A stretch of DNA of 64,000 bases. It comes from Convolutriloba macropyga. Its lineage: Eukaryota. The notes below the pieces were generated by a model, which was not told the DNA's origin, did no database searches, and saw nothing but the letters and a program-made list of their open reading frames with translations. Within the stretch, counting starts at the first letter, position 1. Every line of letters starts with the position of its first letter. The position numbers and the translations under genes were made by a program. Positions 49,139 through 61,669 of this stretch are shown piece after piece. The stretch lies in the NCBI RefSeq assembly GCF_964194025.1, contig NC_134470.1:71362001-71426000 (forward strand), read 5' to 3'.

Positions 49139-52100
49139 TCAGACTTGAGCTGATTGCGTAGAGTCTGTTCCCATCAAAACTGCTCTGAATGTTTCCACTT
49201 TCGAAACGGGTAAGGACTTTGTGAAGATGTCCGCTGCCATTTTGGCTGTAGGGACGTAATGAATTGAAATAGTCCCATCCTCCGTCTTGTCCCGGATGAA
49301 GTGAAATTTTGTTTCGATGTGCTTGCTCCTTTTGTGCATGACTGGGTTTCGGCAGAGTCTGATACAACTTTGATTGTCTTCTCCAATTGCTATTGGACGT
49401 TTCTGTTGGATGCCAAAATCCTCTAGAAGTTGTTTCAGGTAGAGTGCTTCCTGAACTGCTGCTGCCATGCCCTGATATTCTGCTTCTGATGAAGGAAGAG
49501 CAACTGTGGCCTGCTTCTTGACACCCCAACTGAGTGCTGCGACACGTCCGTTGAGCTTGAAGTAATAGCCCGTTGTTGATTTTCTGTCGTTCACGTCTCC
49601 AGACCAGTCTGCATCACTTTCCCCCTCTAAATCATAACTAGCCTCTTTTGTGTAAGTAAGTTTAAAACCTTTTGAACCTTGAAGATATCGCAGAAGTCGT
49701 TTTCCGCACATCCAGTGTTGATTGGTAGGTGCATTCATGTGTCTGGACAGAATGTTGACTGTGAACATGATGTCTGGCCTCGTCTGTTTGGCCAGATACA
49801 GAAGTGATCCAACCAAGCTTCTGTAGATCCTCTGGTCCACTTCTTCGTCTCCGTTCTGTGCTGTCTGAAGTTTCAAATTCAAATCAGCTGGAGTTCTTGA
49901 GGGTTTGCATTGATCCATTTGAAACAGCTCAAGCATTGTTTCTATGTAGCGTTCTTGGTCGACTGTGATTTTGCCCTCTTCTCGTCTGATCCTTAGACCC
50001 AGAAACCAGTGTAGTCTCCCTCTGTCGTCCATGTGAAATGTTGCTTCTAGTGCCTTCTTGACATCAGAGACCACTGTCATACTTCTTGATGCTACTATGA
50101 TGTCGTCAACCCAGACCAAGATGAAGGTGTGATCCTCTGCCTCTGATCTTGTGAGCAAGCAGTGATCGTTCCTGCTTCTGGTGAACCCCTGTCTCAGTAA
50201 AAAGTTTGCCAGCTCTTTGTACCAGTTGTTAGCAGCCTGTTTCAAACCATAAATTGATTTATTTAGTCGACATACTAACTTCTCCCCATCTGATCCGCGT
50301 TTTACAAACTCCTGTGGCTGTTCCAGATACACTTCTTCCTCGATTGGTGAGTGCAGGAAAGCAGTCTTGACATCAAATTGGTGCATCACATGGTCCCGCT
50401 TCGCTGATAGCTGAAGTAGAATCCTGAATGTCTCTGGCTTGCAGGTAGGCGCAAAAGTCTCAAAGTAGTCCAGTCCTTCCACTTGTTTGAAGCCTTTTGC
50501 CACTTAGCGCGCTTTGTATTTGTCCTATTTGTCCACTTGACCACTGGGTTCCAATTTCACTTTGTAGACCCATTTGCCCGGTATGACGTCCCTGTCTGTG
50601 GGTGGTCTCACTAGGTTCCAAGTCTCGTTGTCTTGGAGTGCCTTGACCTCGTCCTTCATTGACCGGTGCCACTGGTCCCAATAGTCACCTTGCTTGGCTT
50701 CGTAGACTGTTTTGGGTTCCACATAGTCGCCCTCAGTCACAGCAAGATGGGTCCTGACTTCTCCAAAAAATTGCGGAACTTTCCTTGCTCGTTTCCCTCG
50801 TCTGGGCTCTGCTCTGTCCGCGTGTTCCAGTGCATCTTCATTGAAGCCAACTGTCTCTAACTGTGAGAAGTCTTCTGTGTCACTGTCTTCCAGTGACTCT
50901 GAGTCTCTGTGACTCCCTCTTGTTGCAGTAGATCCTTCATCTAGTGCTGTTTCTCCAACATCCGAGGCCTCTTGTCTCAGTGTTGTTTCTTGAGTATTCA
51001 CGCTTCCTGCGTCATGTCACTCCTCCTTTATTGCAGTAGATGTGTCCTGTCGTTCTCTGTTGTCATCGTCTTGATGACCATCATCTGGGTGCCAGATTCC
51101 CAGTTCCGACCCATCATCTAGTAGGTCAGCCGTTTCTTTGTTGTCAGGGGTTGAGCCCACTTCAGACTCCTTGATGATCACATCTCGAACTGCCATCACC
51201 TTGTGTGTGTTGGGTGTGTACACCAGGTATCCGTTTTCTCCTTCAGTGTAACCCACAAACTTTCCTTCCAGTGCCTTGGGTTCAAGTTTGCTGACTTCTC
51301 TGTCCCTCTTCCTCATGAAGACTGTGAAACCAAAGATAGATATTTTACTAATTGGAAGCTTAGGTTTTATGCCTCTCCTCAGCTCTGCTGGGAATTTTTC
51401 TTCTCGTCTCACAACCCAGTTTCTGATCCTTGCTGCGTGAAGAATTGCTGCTCCCCACTTCATCTTGGGAAGTCCTGAGTCATTGAGCAAACATCTTGCC
51501 ATCTCCAGCAGTGTCATGTTGCACCTCTCAGCTAACCCATTCTGTTGTGGCGTCTCTGGTATATCTTCTCCTGTAGAATGCCTGCATCTAAGCAGTACGT
51601 CTTGAACTGCTCTGAGAGAAACTTCTTCGCATTGTCTTGCCTCAGCTTCTTGGGCGTCCCCACACTGAGAACAAATTTCTTCAGGCTGGCCAATGCTTCA
51701 CTCTTTGCCTTAAGCAATTCCACAAACACAAACTTCGTGTACTGGTCTGCAAACACTATGCAGAACCGGAACCCTGACAGTGACTCTACTCTGAAAGGTC
51801 CCATCACGTCTGTGAACACCCTCTCCAGCTTCTCTTCTGCTTGGGTCTCTGCCACTCTTGGTACTGGAGTGTTCGTGATCTTGGACAATGCCTACACATT
51901 GCATACATCATCGAGTTCCCCCACTGTCTCTGGTGCATTCCTGACCACATCCGCTTGATTCAAATGACCCAGTTGTCTGTGCCACTTCCTTTCACTGTCA
52001 AGTTTCACTCTGTTGGAACTCATGTTGACTTCTAGAACGCTGCAGGGTAAGTAAAACAAATTCTTTTCTTGTGTTAGTTTTACCCGAGTTCCCTTCTGGA

Positions 52101-53334
52101 GTTTCATGCAGCTGTTTCTTCTCTCGAAAGTGAAGCTATGTCCCCACTCCGTGCATCTTGAGACTGATAGGAGGTTTGAAGAATAGTCCGGCACACACAG
52201 AACATTTTTGGGTTCGCATTGGAATTCCCCTTTGTTTGAGGGTATGCTGATCCTCACACAGCCTCTGCCCACCACTCTGGAAGCCTCTCCATTGGGATTT
52301 CTGACCACTGATTGAATGGGCACAAAGTCCAGGAACGCATCGATGTTCGTCACTATGTGATATGTACAACAACTGTCCACTAGCATTCCTGCTGTCTTCC
52401 ACTGGGTAAGAGCTGCCCAGCATTCCTCGTCTGGTGTAGCCAATGTTGGACCCATTGCTACTGACTCATGTTTGCCTCCATCTCTTTGTCTCTTGCATGC
52501 CCTGTCTAGGTGACCCTTCTCACAACACTTGCTGCATTGTGCTGTCTCCTTCTTCCTGCAGTCCTTGGCAGAGTGTCCAGGGATCCCACACACAAAGCAG
52601 TTTCCTTTCTTGGGTCCCTTCTTGAAGTCACGCTTCACTGCCAGTGCCACTGAACCACTTTGTCCCTTGTGTCTCTGCACCGTGCTCTCATGAAAATTCT
52701 GCAGCCTTTTCCTCAACTCTGTGAAGTTCGTTGCCGGGTTGAAGCTTTCCTGTATAACAAAACTTTCATACCTCATTGGCAGACCATTGAGGACCAAGGC
52801 GTTGAAGAGGGTCTCTGAGACTGCTTCCCGTGCTTCTTGTAGCCTTGTGAGCAACTCCGGTCCTCTGATGAAGAAGCTGTCCAAATCCTCAGAATCCTCG
52901 AGCTGCAGTCGAGCAAGCTGTGCCACTAAAGTCACCACTGTCGGCGTCTCCACACTCTGAAATCTCTCTTGCAAAAGCTTCCAAGCCTTTGCTCCATCTC
53001 CAATGCCATCATCTCCCACACAGTCATGTCTCATCGGCATGAGGGTTGTTGCATCTACAGTCAGTGCCAGATGGCACCACACATTGTTCCGTTTCTCCTT
53101 GATGTCTGCAATTTCCTTCTCATATGCATCCTTCAGCACCTTGTGGTTCTTCTTCTCATCATTGGTTGCCCCATTGGCCAGTGGCGCAGGCTCATTGGGT
53201 TGCTCCTCTGTCCCCAGTAGTAGTGATTTGTAGAGTCCCTTCGTCTGCATCATCGCCACAAATCTTGTGCTCCAGATTGGAAAGTCCTGTGCATTTCCTG
53301 TGTAGGTCAGCAGCTTCACTGTCGGTTGATCCAT
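49139..53334 (-). pseudogene. Copia gag-pol disrupted by stops and frameshifts
   Basis: Two CCHC knuckles, protease LVDSC, integrase (WHRQLGH, TDVMGP), RT (FDVKTAFL, WVDD) and RNase H (SDADW), split over five ORFs. Confidence 0.92.
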
Positions 53335-53450
53335 TGGAGTGTGAGCAGGCAAAACAGTTGTGAAAAGAAAAGGTACTAAGCAGAAAAGGATTATGACTGT
53401 CAACAGCAAATTAGTTTTGCTTTGGAAATTAATTTTATGACTTAGAAATT

Positions 53451-53466
53451 TGCTGGGCCCATAACC
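53451..53466 (-). other. primer binding site complementary to an internal segment of initiator tRNA-Met
   Basis: The + strand TGCTGGGCCCATAACC is the anticodon-arm region of tRNAiMet and abuts the 5' LTR. Confidence 0.9.
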
Positions 53467-54070
53467 TGTTGGGTTATGGACTTTCGCAAGCGGAATAAAA
53501 GGCGTTTTAACTAAGTAAAAGAATTAATTTCTCAAAAATGAGAGAATAACAAAATGATATTTTACAGTAGAATTTAGAGATTTACAGGAGAGATCTGATT
53601 ATTAGATCAAGATGGTGATTTGAATTTGGGGATGAAAAAGGACTCAAAAATCAGCTGTATATATACCCATTATCAGTGTGTAAAAGTCAAGATACAAAAC
53701 TAATCTTAGCACCGTGATTTACAGTGGGGGTCGCAAAGGTTACCCAATATGGTTTGCTTCTGCAAATCAGTCGCAAAGGAAACCATAAATGGAATGAATT
53801 TGCACTTTTCTAAGAATTCATTCATACTTCCGGAGATATCATCATCATTTAATACATGCTGGTAAGATTTTACATCAATTAATCTAACTCTAATAATAGT
53901 TATCTAGATCCACCAATTTGAACCGAATATTGATTCTAAGCACCATTTCTTGACGATTCATTTATATAATTTCTTTGATCGAAGTCATATTGCTTGTCTT
54001 TCTAATCTGGTAAGTCAAACTTTCTAATTCTCACTAAGTTTAAGACTATAGTTTGATCGATATTCTAACA
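53467..54070 (-). repeat. 5' LTR
   Basis: TGTTGGG...AACA followed by TSD GCAAC. Confidence 0.95.
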
Positions 54071-55233
54071 GCAACTGAATCAACGCAATTTTTGATCTGT
54101 TGCTTTCTGTTTCCTACATTACGAAAGTCTGTTTCGTTGCCATTTCGGCAATCTGTATACTGTTTGTAAATTTTTTCGAAAAAAAACAGTGTCAATTTTT
54201 AATGTGTTTTGTTAATTTAGGCAGCCTAAACATAAAAGTCTTAATTTTACAACTAGAATTTTTAACTAGAAATTGCGGCCCACAACGGCCCGATAATGGA
54301 AACTGAAAACTTCAAATATTTTCTGAAGTGCGTCTTCCAAACCTGCGTTGCTTTTTGTAAAACTAAGATGGAAAAAACGTTTGAATTCTCAGAGTATGTT
54401 GAGTATGTTGTGAGTCTACTCGTTTCAACTCCCCCCTCATATAAATTCTGTTTAGTTATGTAGAGCGTTACTATGTAAAATATAGCATGTGCATCTGGGG
54501 AAATAAAATTTATATACTCTGTAAGCTAGGAGGGGGGGGGGGGGGGGGCATTAGTCAATAGGGTGGCATAGGTTAGGGCAATTCGACGAAGAGTAGGCTG
54601 GGCGTATATGCCACCTAGCCACCTAGACGTGATTATTGAGAGGAGAAAGTCAAATTTAAAGGCTCAAAATTGGGTCTGAAATGTCAGGGTTAAATACACG
54701 ACGTGCAGTGTAGCTTTTCGTTCTGAAAATGTTTGCAGGTATTGCTTAGTTGATCATGGAATTCCATTCAGTACTGTCTTGAACGGCAATAGAAAAATGT
54801 TAGCAATACTCCTTTGTTGTATAGTTGAGCTAGACTTATAGATAAATAAGGTTATTCATAGAAACAGGTTGAATAATTAAATTATAAATATTTGCTAGCT
54901 AAATACAAAAAAGAGCGCTACGCAATTAGTATAAGCTCTCAGTGGCTTTCGAAAAATATTTTTCAAATCTAATAGTTCTCAAAACTAGTGTTTGATCACT
55001 TTAACAGCGAACTTCATGTAAAAAGGAAAAAGAAGAAACAAAAAATCGTGTGAACGTTGCTAAACAAGTTAAGCCTGTTTTATAGCTGGATTTGAAAACT
55101 ATTTCAATTTTTTTTTCAAAAGTTCAACAAGCTATACAAACGTTGCCTCAGTCTCTTCAACAGATACTCATGCTTCTCGTCAACTCTAATTCGAGAATTG
55201 CCTGAAGTTTAGGTCTTAATTGAATTGTTTATT

Positions 55234-56266
55234 AATAGCCGCACAGCGATAGCTGTGGCTATTATTGGCCTTCTCTTGGTTTTTACAATTCAAAGAATTT
55301 GAATTGTATTGGGGCGCTGTATTTTAAGATCTGATCACACATTTTCATGATTTTTGAAGTCAAATTGGAGTAGTGATTTTAGTCACGCCGAAACAGGAAA
55401 TGGAGAGACAAAGCGAGTGGTTTTGCGGCGTGAATTTTTTTCGCTCTAATTTTAAAGTAGAGTGAGAAAACGGTGTTTGAACAAAAATTCGCTTTTTTGT
55501 TCACATGCGGCAATTTCACTCTGATTTTTACTGTTTTTTCGATTTTTCGAATCGGATTTTTTTCTAAATGGTTTTCCCAATCTATTCACAGCCATTCTAG
55601 GCCTAGTTTTTTGTTTGAATTAAATTTTCATTTCTCGCTAGTGGTTTTTTGTTTTCACATGCTGCATTTTGACATTGATTTTCTGTTTTTTTTTCTTATT
55701 TTTTATATAATTTTTTAAAAATTATTTTCTCAATTAATTCATAGTCCATTCTAGGTCTAGTTTTTTCTGTTTAGTCAATGAAAATTCTTTGAATTGTACG
55801 TCAGAACTTGTCCTGCTATGTTTTTTTTATTTCGTCATGATTTTTGTTACGACCATATGACGTCACAGCCCTTTTTTGTTCATTCGTTCATGCAATTTCA
55901 ACTGAATTGCGTGTGTGACGTCATTTTTCGCTCTTAGTGGAGCGAGCTTTTTTGTTCATGCGCGTGATTAAATTTTTGGCCACACTTGACTTACCTCACT
56001 CTCAAAAATGACTTCTTCACTTTGAAATTGACTTTTTTTGCTTTAATTCAAAGAGATAAGGTCAAATGGGTGTGTCTCTCAAAATGAAGGTTATTTGAGA
56101 TCAGCTAATAGAGGCAGCAAGAACTTATACCGATTTTTAATCAAAATATAACAGATCAGCCCTCAATGAAAAGACGAATTTTTTAGTCTGTCTTTTTTAC
56201 TGTTTTTTTAGACTGCCGATCTACAAATCTATTGCGGCTATTTTCTGGCAATCTGCCAGCTATGTT
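55234..56266 (+). mobile_element. HINE-like family B with family D (55285-55820) inserted
   Basis: Removing D restores the sequence seen at 8583-9060. Confidence 0.85.
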
Positions 56267-56978
56267 AAAGATAGTTCTCGTTAGTCTACCTATTTTTTTA
56301 ATATTTGCAAACATGTTTAGCAATGTTTGATTTCTTTAATACGTTTTTTCTGGAGAAATGAATGTTGAAAATATTTAATAAATTGATTATTTATAACGAG
56401 GCTGGTAATTTTTTCTCGACGCCAAAATTTTAAACCTGAGATATAAATGATTAGTTTTTTAATATCTGTATCGTAGTACCCATTGTAGTAGTACCCATTG
56501 TTTTATTTCAAAAATGTTTCATAATGTCTACTGTTTATTGAAGTCAAATGCGGAGATTTTAAATAAATAATTCTGAGACATTATTGCAAAATTTTCTTCC
56601 TTTTAGGATTTCCTTTTAGGATTTTTAGACTACGAAATCACATTCCTTCATTGTGAGCTGCACAAAAGAGCAAAATTTATCTAATTTATTGAATTTTTGG
56701 CATTGGTTTAAAGATAATTTTTATAGAAATAACAATTATTTGTTATCAATGAGTCAGATTTCAACGTAAATAGGCCAGGAAAGTGAAAAAAATTTCTGGA
56801 CTTCAAACCTCAATATCTCAAGAAATCAAAATTTGACCAATATCTGTACAGTAATCCATTCAGATTTTTGAGGGATTTCTAATAATATCTTTTTTGCAAT
56901 GCTTTGCAAAAGATATCGATTGTCTTTCGAGAGCAATTTGTTTGCGTTAGTCGGCGTCGTATTGGTTTTTATTTCAAG

Positions 56979-57355
56979 GGCTTTGACGAAGCTAGACGAG
57001 AACTCGGAAGATATGTTGTCTACAAATAGTTCACTGACTGGCAGTTACCTTGTTCAGAGAAGAAAACGTGGGTGGTCTTTTCAAGGGAGTCAGTCCCAAC
57101 CTTGTCAAGGGTGCGATCTCCACAGCTCTGACTTTCGGATTCTTTGAACTGTATTGCAAATTTCTCAAAGATTCAGCTTAAGATTATTCTCATATTTAAA
57201 TGCAGGAATTTTAAACTTGAGATATAAATGGTCTATGGTTTAATTTTGTAATTAGATGCCAAGTGGTTCATTTTGCAATTAAATTTTGACAAATTATTTT
57301 TGAAATAGATGAAAATTCTTTTGGATAGTGCAGAATGAACTTTTGCTGCTACTTG
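56979..57355 (+). pseudogene. decayed duplicate of the SLC25A19-b last exon and 3' UTR
   Basis: Aligns with 47910-~48290 and has frameshifting deletions. Confidence 0.9.
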
Positions 57356-59597
57356 ATCTGTAAGCAACGTGAGCTGCACCTTGGGGCAAACATTTTAGGT
57401 AAATTTTGGCATTGGCCTAAAATAATTTTTGTAGAAATAACAATTTTTTGTTATCAATTAGTCAGATTTCAACGTAAATAGGCGGGAAAAGTGAAAAAAA
57501 TTCGGAATTTCAAACCTCATTATCTAGAGAAATCAAAAGTTGGCCAATATCTGTTCAACAATCCATTCAGGTGACTTTTTTTGTTTTCAATTTCAAGGCA
57601 CTGACTGATGATAATCAGATCATCAGATATTGATAAGCAGTTTTAAATGAAATGCATTTTTAATTGCACAAATGAAATGATGTTTTTAATTATGTCAATC
57701 TTTAATAAACTCTCGATTTTCTCGAAGAAAGGGTAGAAGCAGAAAATATGGTTTTCAATATTTTTTAACAGGGCTTAAAATATGGTTTTCTTTTATACCA
57801 TTTATACCATTTTTTCCATCGCAATTTACAAAAAATGTGGGTCAATTGAATGGAAATCCGCAAAAAAAATAACGAAATTTCATTTTCGCTTTCCAATAGC
57901 CGAACTTGTTTCTCTCTCCGTCTCAAGTCTCAATTTCTCTTCTTCTTCATCGAGCATATGCTGTGACTTTGCCTTCGATTTTGACTTTTATTGATAGAGA
58001 CTGAAAATAGTCCAAAATTCTCCTTTTTTGGGTGACATGTTATCAGTGTTAATTACAATTAGGAGAGTAGTGTATATTCAAGCTCATGTTTTGATGTTTG
58101 TTTTAGTGACCATAGATGAGCGTCCCGTGAGATCAATAATCTTCAGTCTCTCAGGCTCGAAACATAACCGCGTTTTGTCTGATTATTTCGAGGTACTTCG
58201 CATTAATGCGAGCTAATTCGAGTCACGGCCAGTTATTCGTATTGTCCGTTTAATCATGACTAATTCGACTGATTCAACCGGTTCATTTTTCCACCACCTC
58301 AACCGGGGTACTCCATTGGTACAATAAAATATGCCGTAGCCAGCCAAATATAGTCAACGGAGATCCTTCAGGTAAAGAACAATTTGATTCTTCTCTACCG
58401 TTAAGCATTTCCAAATGTTAGAAACCCAGAATAAAAAATCTCGTGCCAAGCTATGTATTTGTTTGGACATAATAATAAACTTAACATACAAAATGCATAA
58501 ACAATGCATTATGCAGTCTAATTGATGAGGAAATAAATTATCCGAAAATGCAGGTTTGTTATTTTTAAACGGTTGCTGAGATGGAATACTACACATTTAC
58601 ACATTTGCCCGAATTCGACTGCACTTTTTCTTGTAAGCTTGCATCTGTAACTTGACGCTGTTTATGAAAAGTGCGTAACGACGTTTTGTCTAGATGCACA
58701 ATTAGAACTACTGAAACAACATTTGAGTCTTGCCCAGGGAACATTTGGCGAGCCCAGAAACCTGTGGTTTGTTCGGTTTGGCCTTTTCCGACTGGCAACC
58801 GGTGCCCAAATTTTCTGCAGCCAGGTTTACGCATAACTTTCGGTCTGTTTGATCTGGCCCATCTCTGACTTTTGGACTTGAAAGATCTGGACACCCTGTC
58901 TGCATTAGCTAAAGTCGGGCGGGCAAATCTTGGGCCGCGAGTGTCAAATAAATTAGTCAATTCCTCCAAGAAAATTACGAAAATGAATTTTTTAGGTCAA
59001 TAATGGAGTCATGCAAAACTTAGATTCAAAACAAGCGTTATTATTAGTTAAATTTCAATCCCGCTCGCTTGACAACATCAACCGCAAACCTCCACATTAA
59101 GTTTCACAATAACGTCAATATAGTCTCAATTTTCCATCTGATCGCGAATACGAATAAATTCAGCTCTTGCCAAATCATGTAGCCAGCCAAGTTTGCTAAA
59201 ATTATCCATCTGATGCTTTCGAAAATAAGCACTAAGGCTATCAAAAGTAATCGCTTGATTTCCGAACTCCTGATTTAGACTGTAGTACTCCATTAAGATA
59301 TCTTATACATCTTATACATTAAGATATCTTATACGTAACATTACGCATCGATCTCACACTCCGATCCCAGTTGCAAAAGAACTTCACTGCTTCTTTAAGC
59401 AGGACTTGCAACGTATCTCGGGGAACCAGTTGGAAATCGCGTTTACAATCTGCTAATTGGCAATGCCTAAAATGGCAACTTGGAAACCCCCATGATTTCG
59501 GAGTTTTTTTCGAAACAGGCAAATTAGATTATTACCAAAAGGTTTAAGATACTTGAAACAAAAACAATATACACAAATCATGCAAGCATTAATTAAT

Positions 59598-61392
59598 ACA
59601 GGGAAGCTCGGTAGTGTGTGTTTGTATATCAAGTTCCGCCCCCGCTTATCCAAATTTTTGACAACAAATAAGGAAGAGATAAGAAACTTTCATTAAATCA
59701 CATACTGCTCTAAAACAATCGCTAAACGAATCAAACTGTCTTAATGAGACTACGAGACAACACGCACAACAAAAAAACAATTAAAACAATATATAGAGCA
59801 AAATGCAGCCCAACGACCTTGAAGCATTAGATAAGAACCAGAAAATCAGATGAGCACTGTCAAATAAGTTAGCATCAAATAAAACCTCAATTAATCGAAA
59901 TGACTGAGGCAAAAATAAATGGAACTAACTTAAACAAAATAAATGAGAAAAGCAGCTTGGGCCAGTCCATGACCGAACTAGGTATCAAGTCGACAAAAAG
60001 AAGATCAAAACGGGGCAAAGTTTTTAAAACTCGCATTTCTTGAAACATATGATCATAAGAAATCATTACGATAATGAAATTTGCACTGAATATTCTGACG
60101 AGATTCACAAGTAACTACTTAGGAAACTGAATTAAATTTTTATTAGTTAGACTAAGTCATATGACAAAAAAAAACACAAATCACGGCAAAGCTCAAAATT
60201 TCACAAACAGCTCCCAAAAATATAGTTTTGTAGCAATTAAAACAATAAGTCATCATTTGAAAAAATATAATTGTTCATTTCAGCACAATTGACTACGTGA
60301 AAAACAACATGAATGTCCACAAAGGTTTGCCCAGTATCAAAACCTCACAAAAATTTTGTGGAAAAACTTTTAAAGTCACGTAATCAAATATGAAAACAAA
60401 AATTTAAAAGAAGGAAATCAATGTTTTCTTCAAAGAATGTGGATGGTTCTTTTCAATACTTGAATCAGCTTATAAAATGAGAAGAAGAAGAACAAAAAGG
60501 CAAAGCTCAAAAAGAAGCTGGTTCTGAGAAAATCATCACAACGTAAAAAAAAATCGTATAGCTATCAATTGAAAGCGTCAAATATATTCCTTTCTTCCTC
60601 GACAGACAGATACTGATTCATGGCATAATTAAAAGTAAGTAATACAACTACAAAAAGTAAGTAATACAACTACAAAAAACCGCAAACACAGACATAAACC
60701 AAAAATTTAATCGAAAATTTTGAAAAAATTGAAAGCATTCAAACCATCTTTTTACCGAAAATAATATAAATTTTCTAATTATCCTCTTTTAAACGCCCTT
60801 TGGGCCCGTCATTATCATAACTTTTCGACAGGGCACAGAAAGAAACTACAAATAATGGTCATAAATCAATTTGTGGAAAATACAGCCGGAAAAAAAAACA
60901 AAAAAAAACAAATTTTGTTTCGCTAAAAAAGATGGGACTTGTCTTTAATTATGAGACTCAGCTACAAGTTGCCAGAATTCCACAATTAAGATTACGGAAG
61001 CAGCAAATTTGAAAAGAAACACAAAATTTTAAAGTAATCAGAGCCGTCAGGTATCAATTGAAAGCAATAGATGTTTTCGCTTTATTATCTTTAACCAATT
61101 ATTCAGACTATGACATAGGGTTAAAAAAAGGACAACAAAAGGTCAAAACTTGAGAAATTGTTAAAAAATTATACGAAAACACTTTATCAAACCTTGATTT
61201 TTTTCCTGAAAATATGGACAGTGGTCCTTTATAGTCCTAATCTATTTCGATTGTAAAAAGAGTAAAACGAAATAGCTTTGTTGTTACTGTGCCTCTAATG
61301 GAAACATTTCTTCCAAAATTTTTTACCTATCAAAATTTTGAAAAAGCAAGAAAAATCTATTCCAGAACACTCCTATAGGAAGCGGGATTGCA
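59598..61392 (-). mobile_element. minus-strand copy of the Helitron-like family
   Basis: 59598-59660 is the reverse complement of the terminus seen at ~850-908. The body is A-rich, mirroring the T-rich plus-strand copies. Confidence 0.5.
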
Positions 61393-61592
61393 NNNNNNNN
61401 NNNNNNNNNNNNNNNNNNNNNNNNNNNNNNNNNNNNNNNNNNNNNNNNNNNNNNNNNNNNNNNNNNNNNNNNNNNNNNNNNNNNNNNNNNNNNNNNNNNN
61501 NNNNNNNNNNNNNNNNNNNNNNNNNNNNNNNNNNNNNNNNNNNNNNNNNNNNNNNNNNNNNNNNNNNNNNNNNNNNNNNNNNNNNNNNNNNN
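61393..61592. other. assembly gap (200 N)
   Basis: Run of N. Confidence 1.
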
Positions 61593-61669
61593 CCACACAC
61601 CTGAACTGAAAAAATTGTAACGCTTTTTTTATGTTATATTGGTATTCCGGTATTCTGCCGGCTTTGATT

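Larger units (their letters stand above)
48523..54070 (-). mobile_element. Ty1/Copia LTR retrotransposon, full-length and inactivated
   Basis: TG..CA LTRs at 48523-49132 and 53467-54070, TSD GCAAC on both sides, PBS at 53451-53466, PPT next to 49132, and domain order gag-PR-IN-RT-RH. Confidence 0.97.

Noticed and set aside
5193-55718. Recurrent 'MFEQKFAFSLV' ORFs
   Set aside because: These are chance frames within family D repeats, with inconsistent lengths and no recognisable domain.
58180-58232. TCGAGTCACGGCCA resembling the 3' end of tRNA-His
   Set aside because: No matching 5' half or A box.
61323-61609. ORFs made of X residues
   Set aside because: Artefacts of the N gap.
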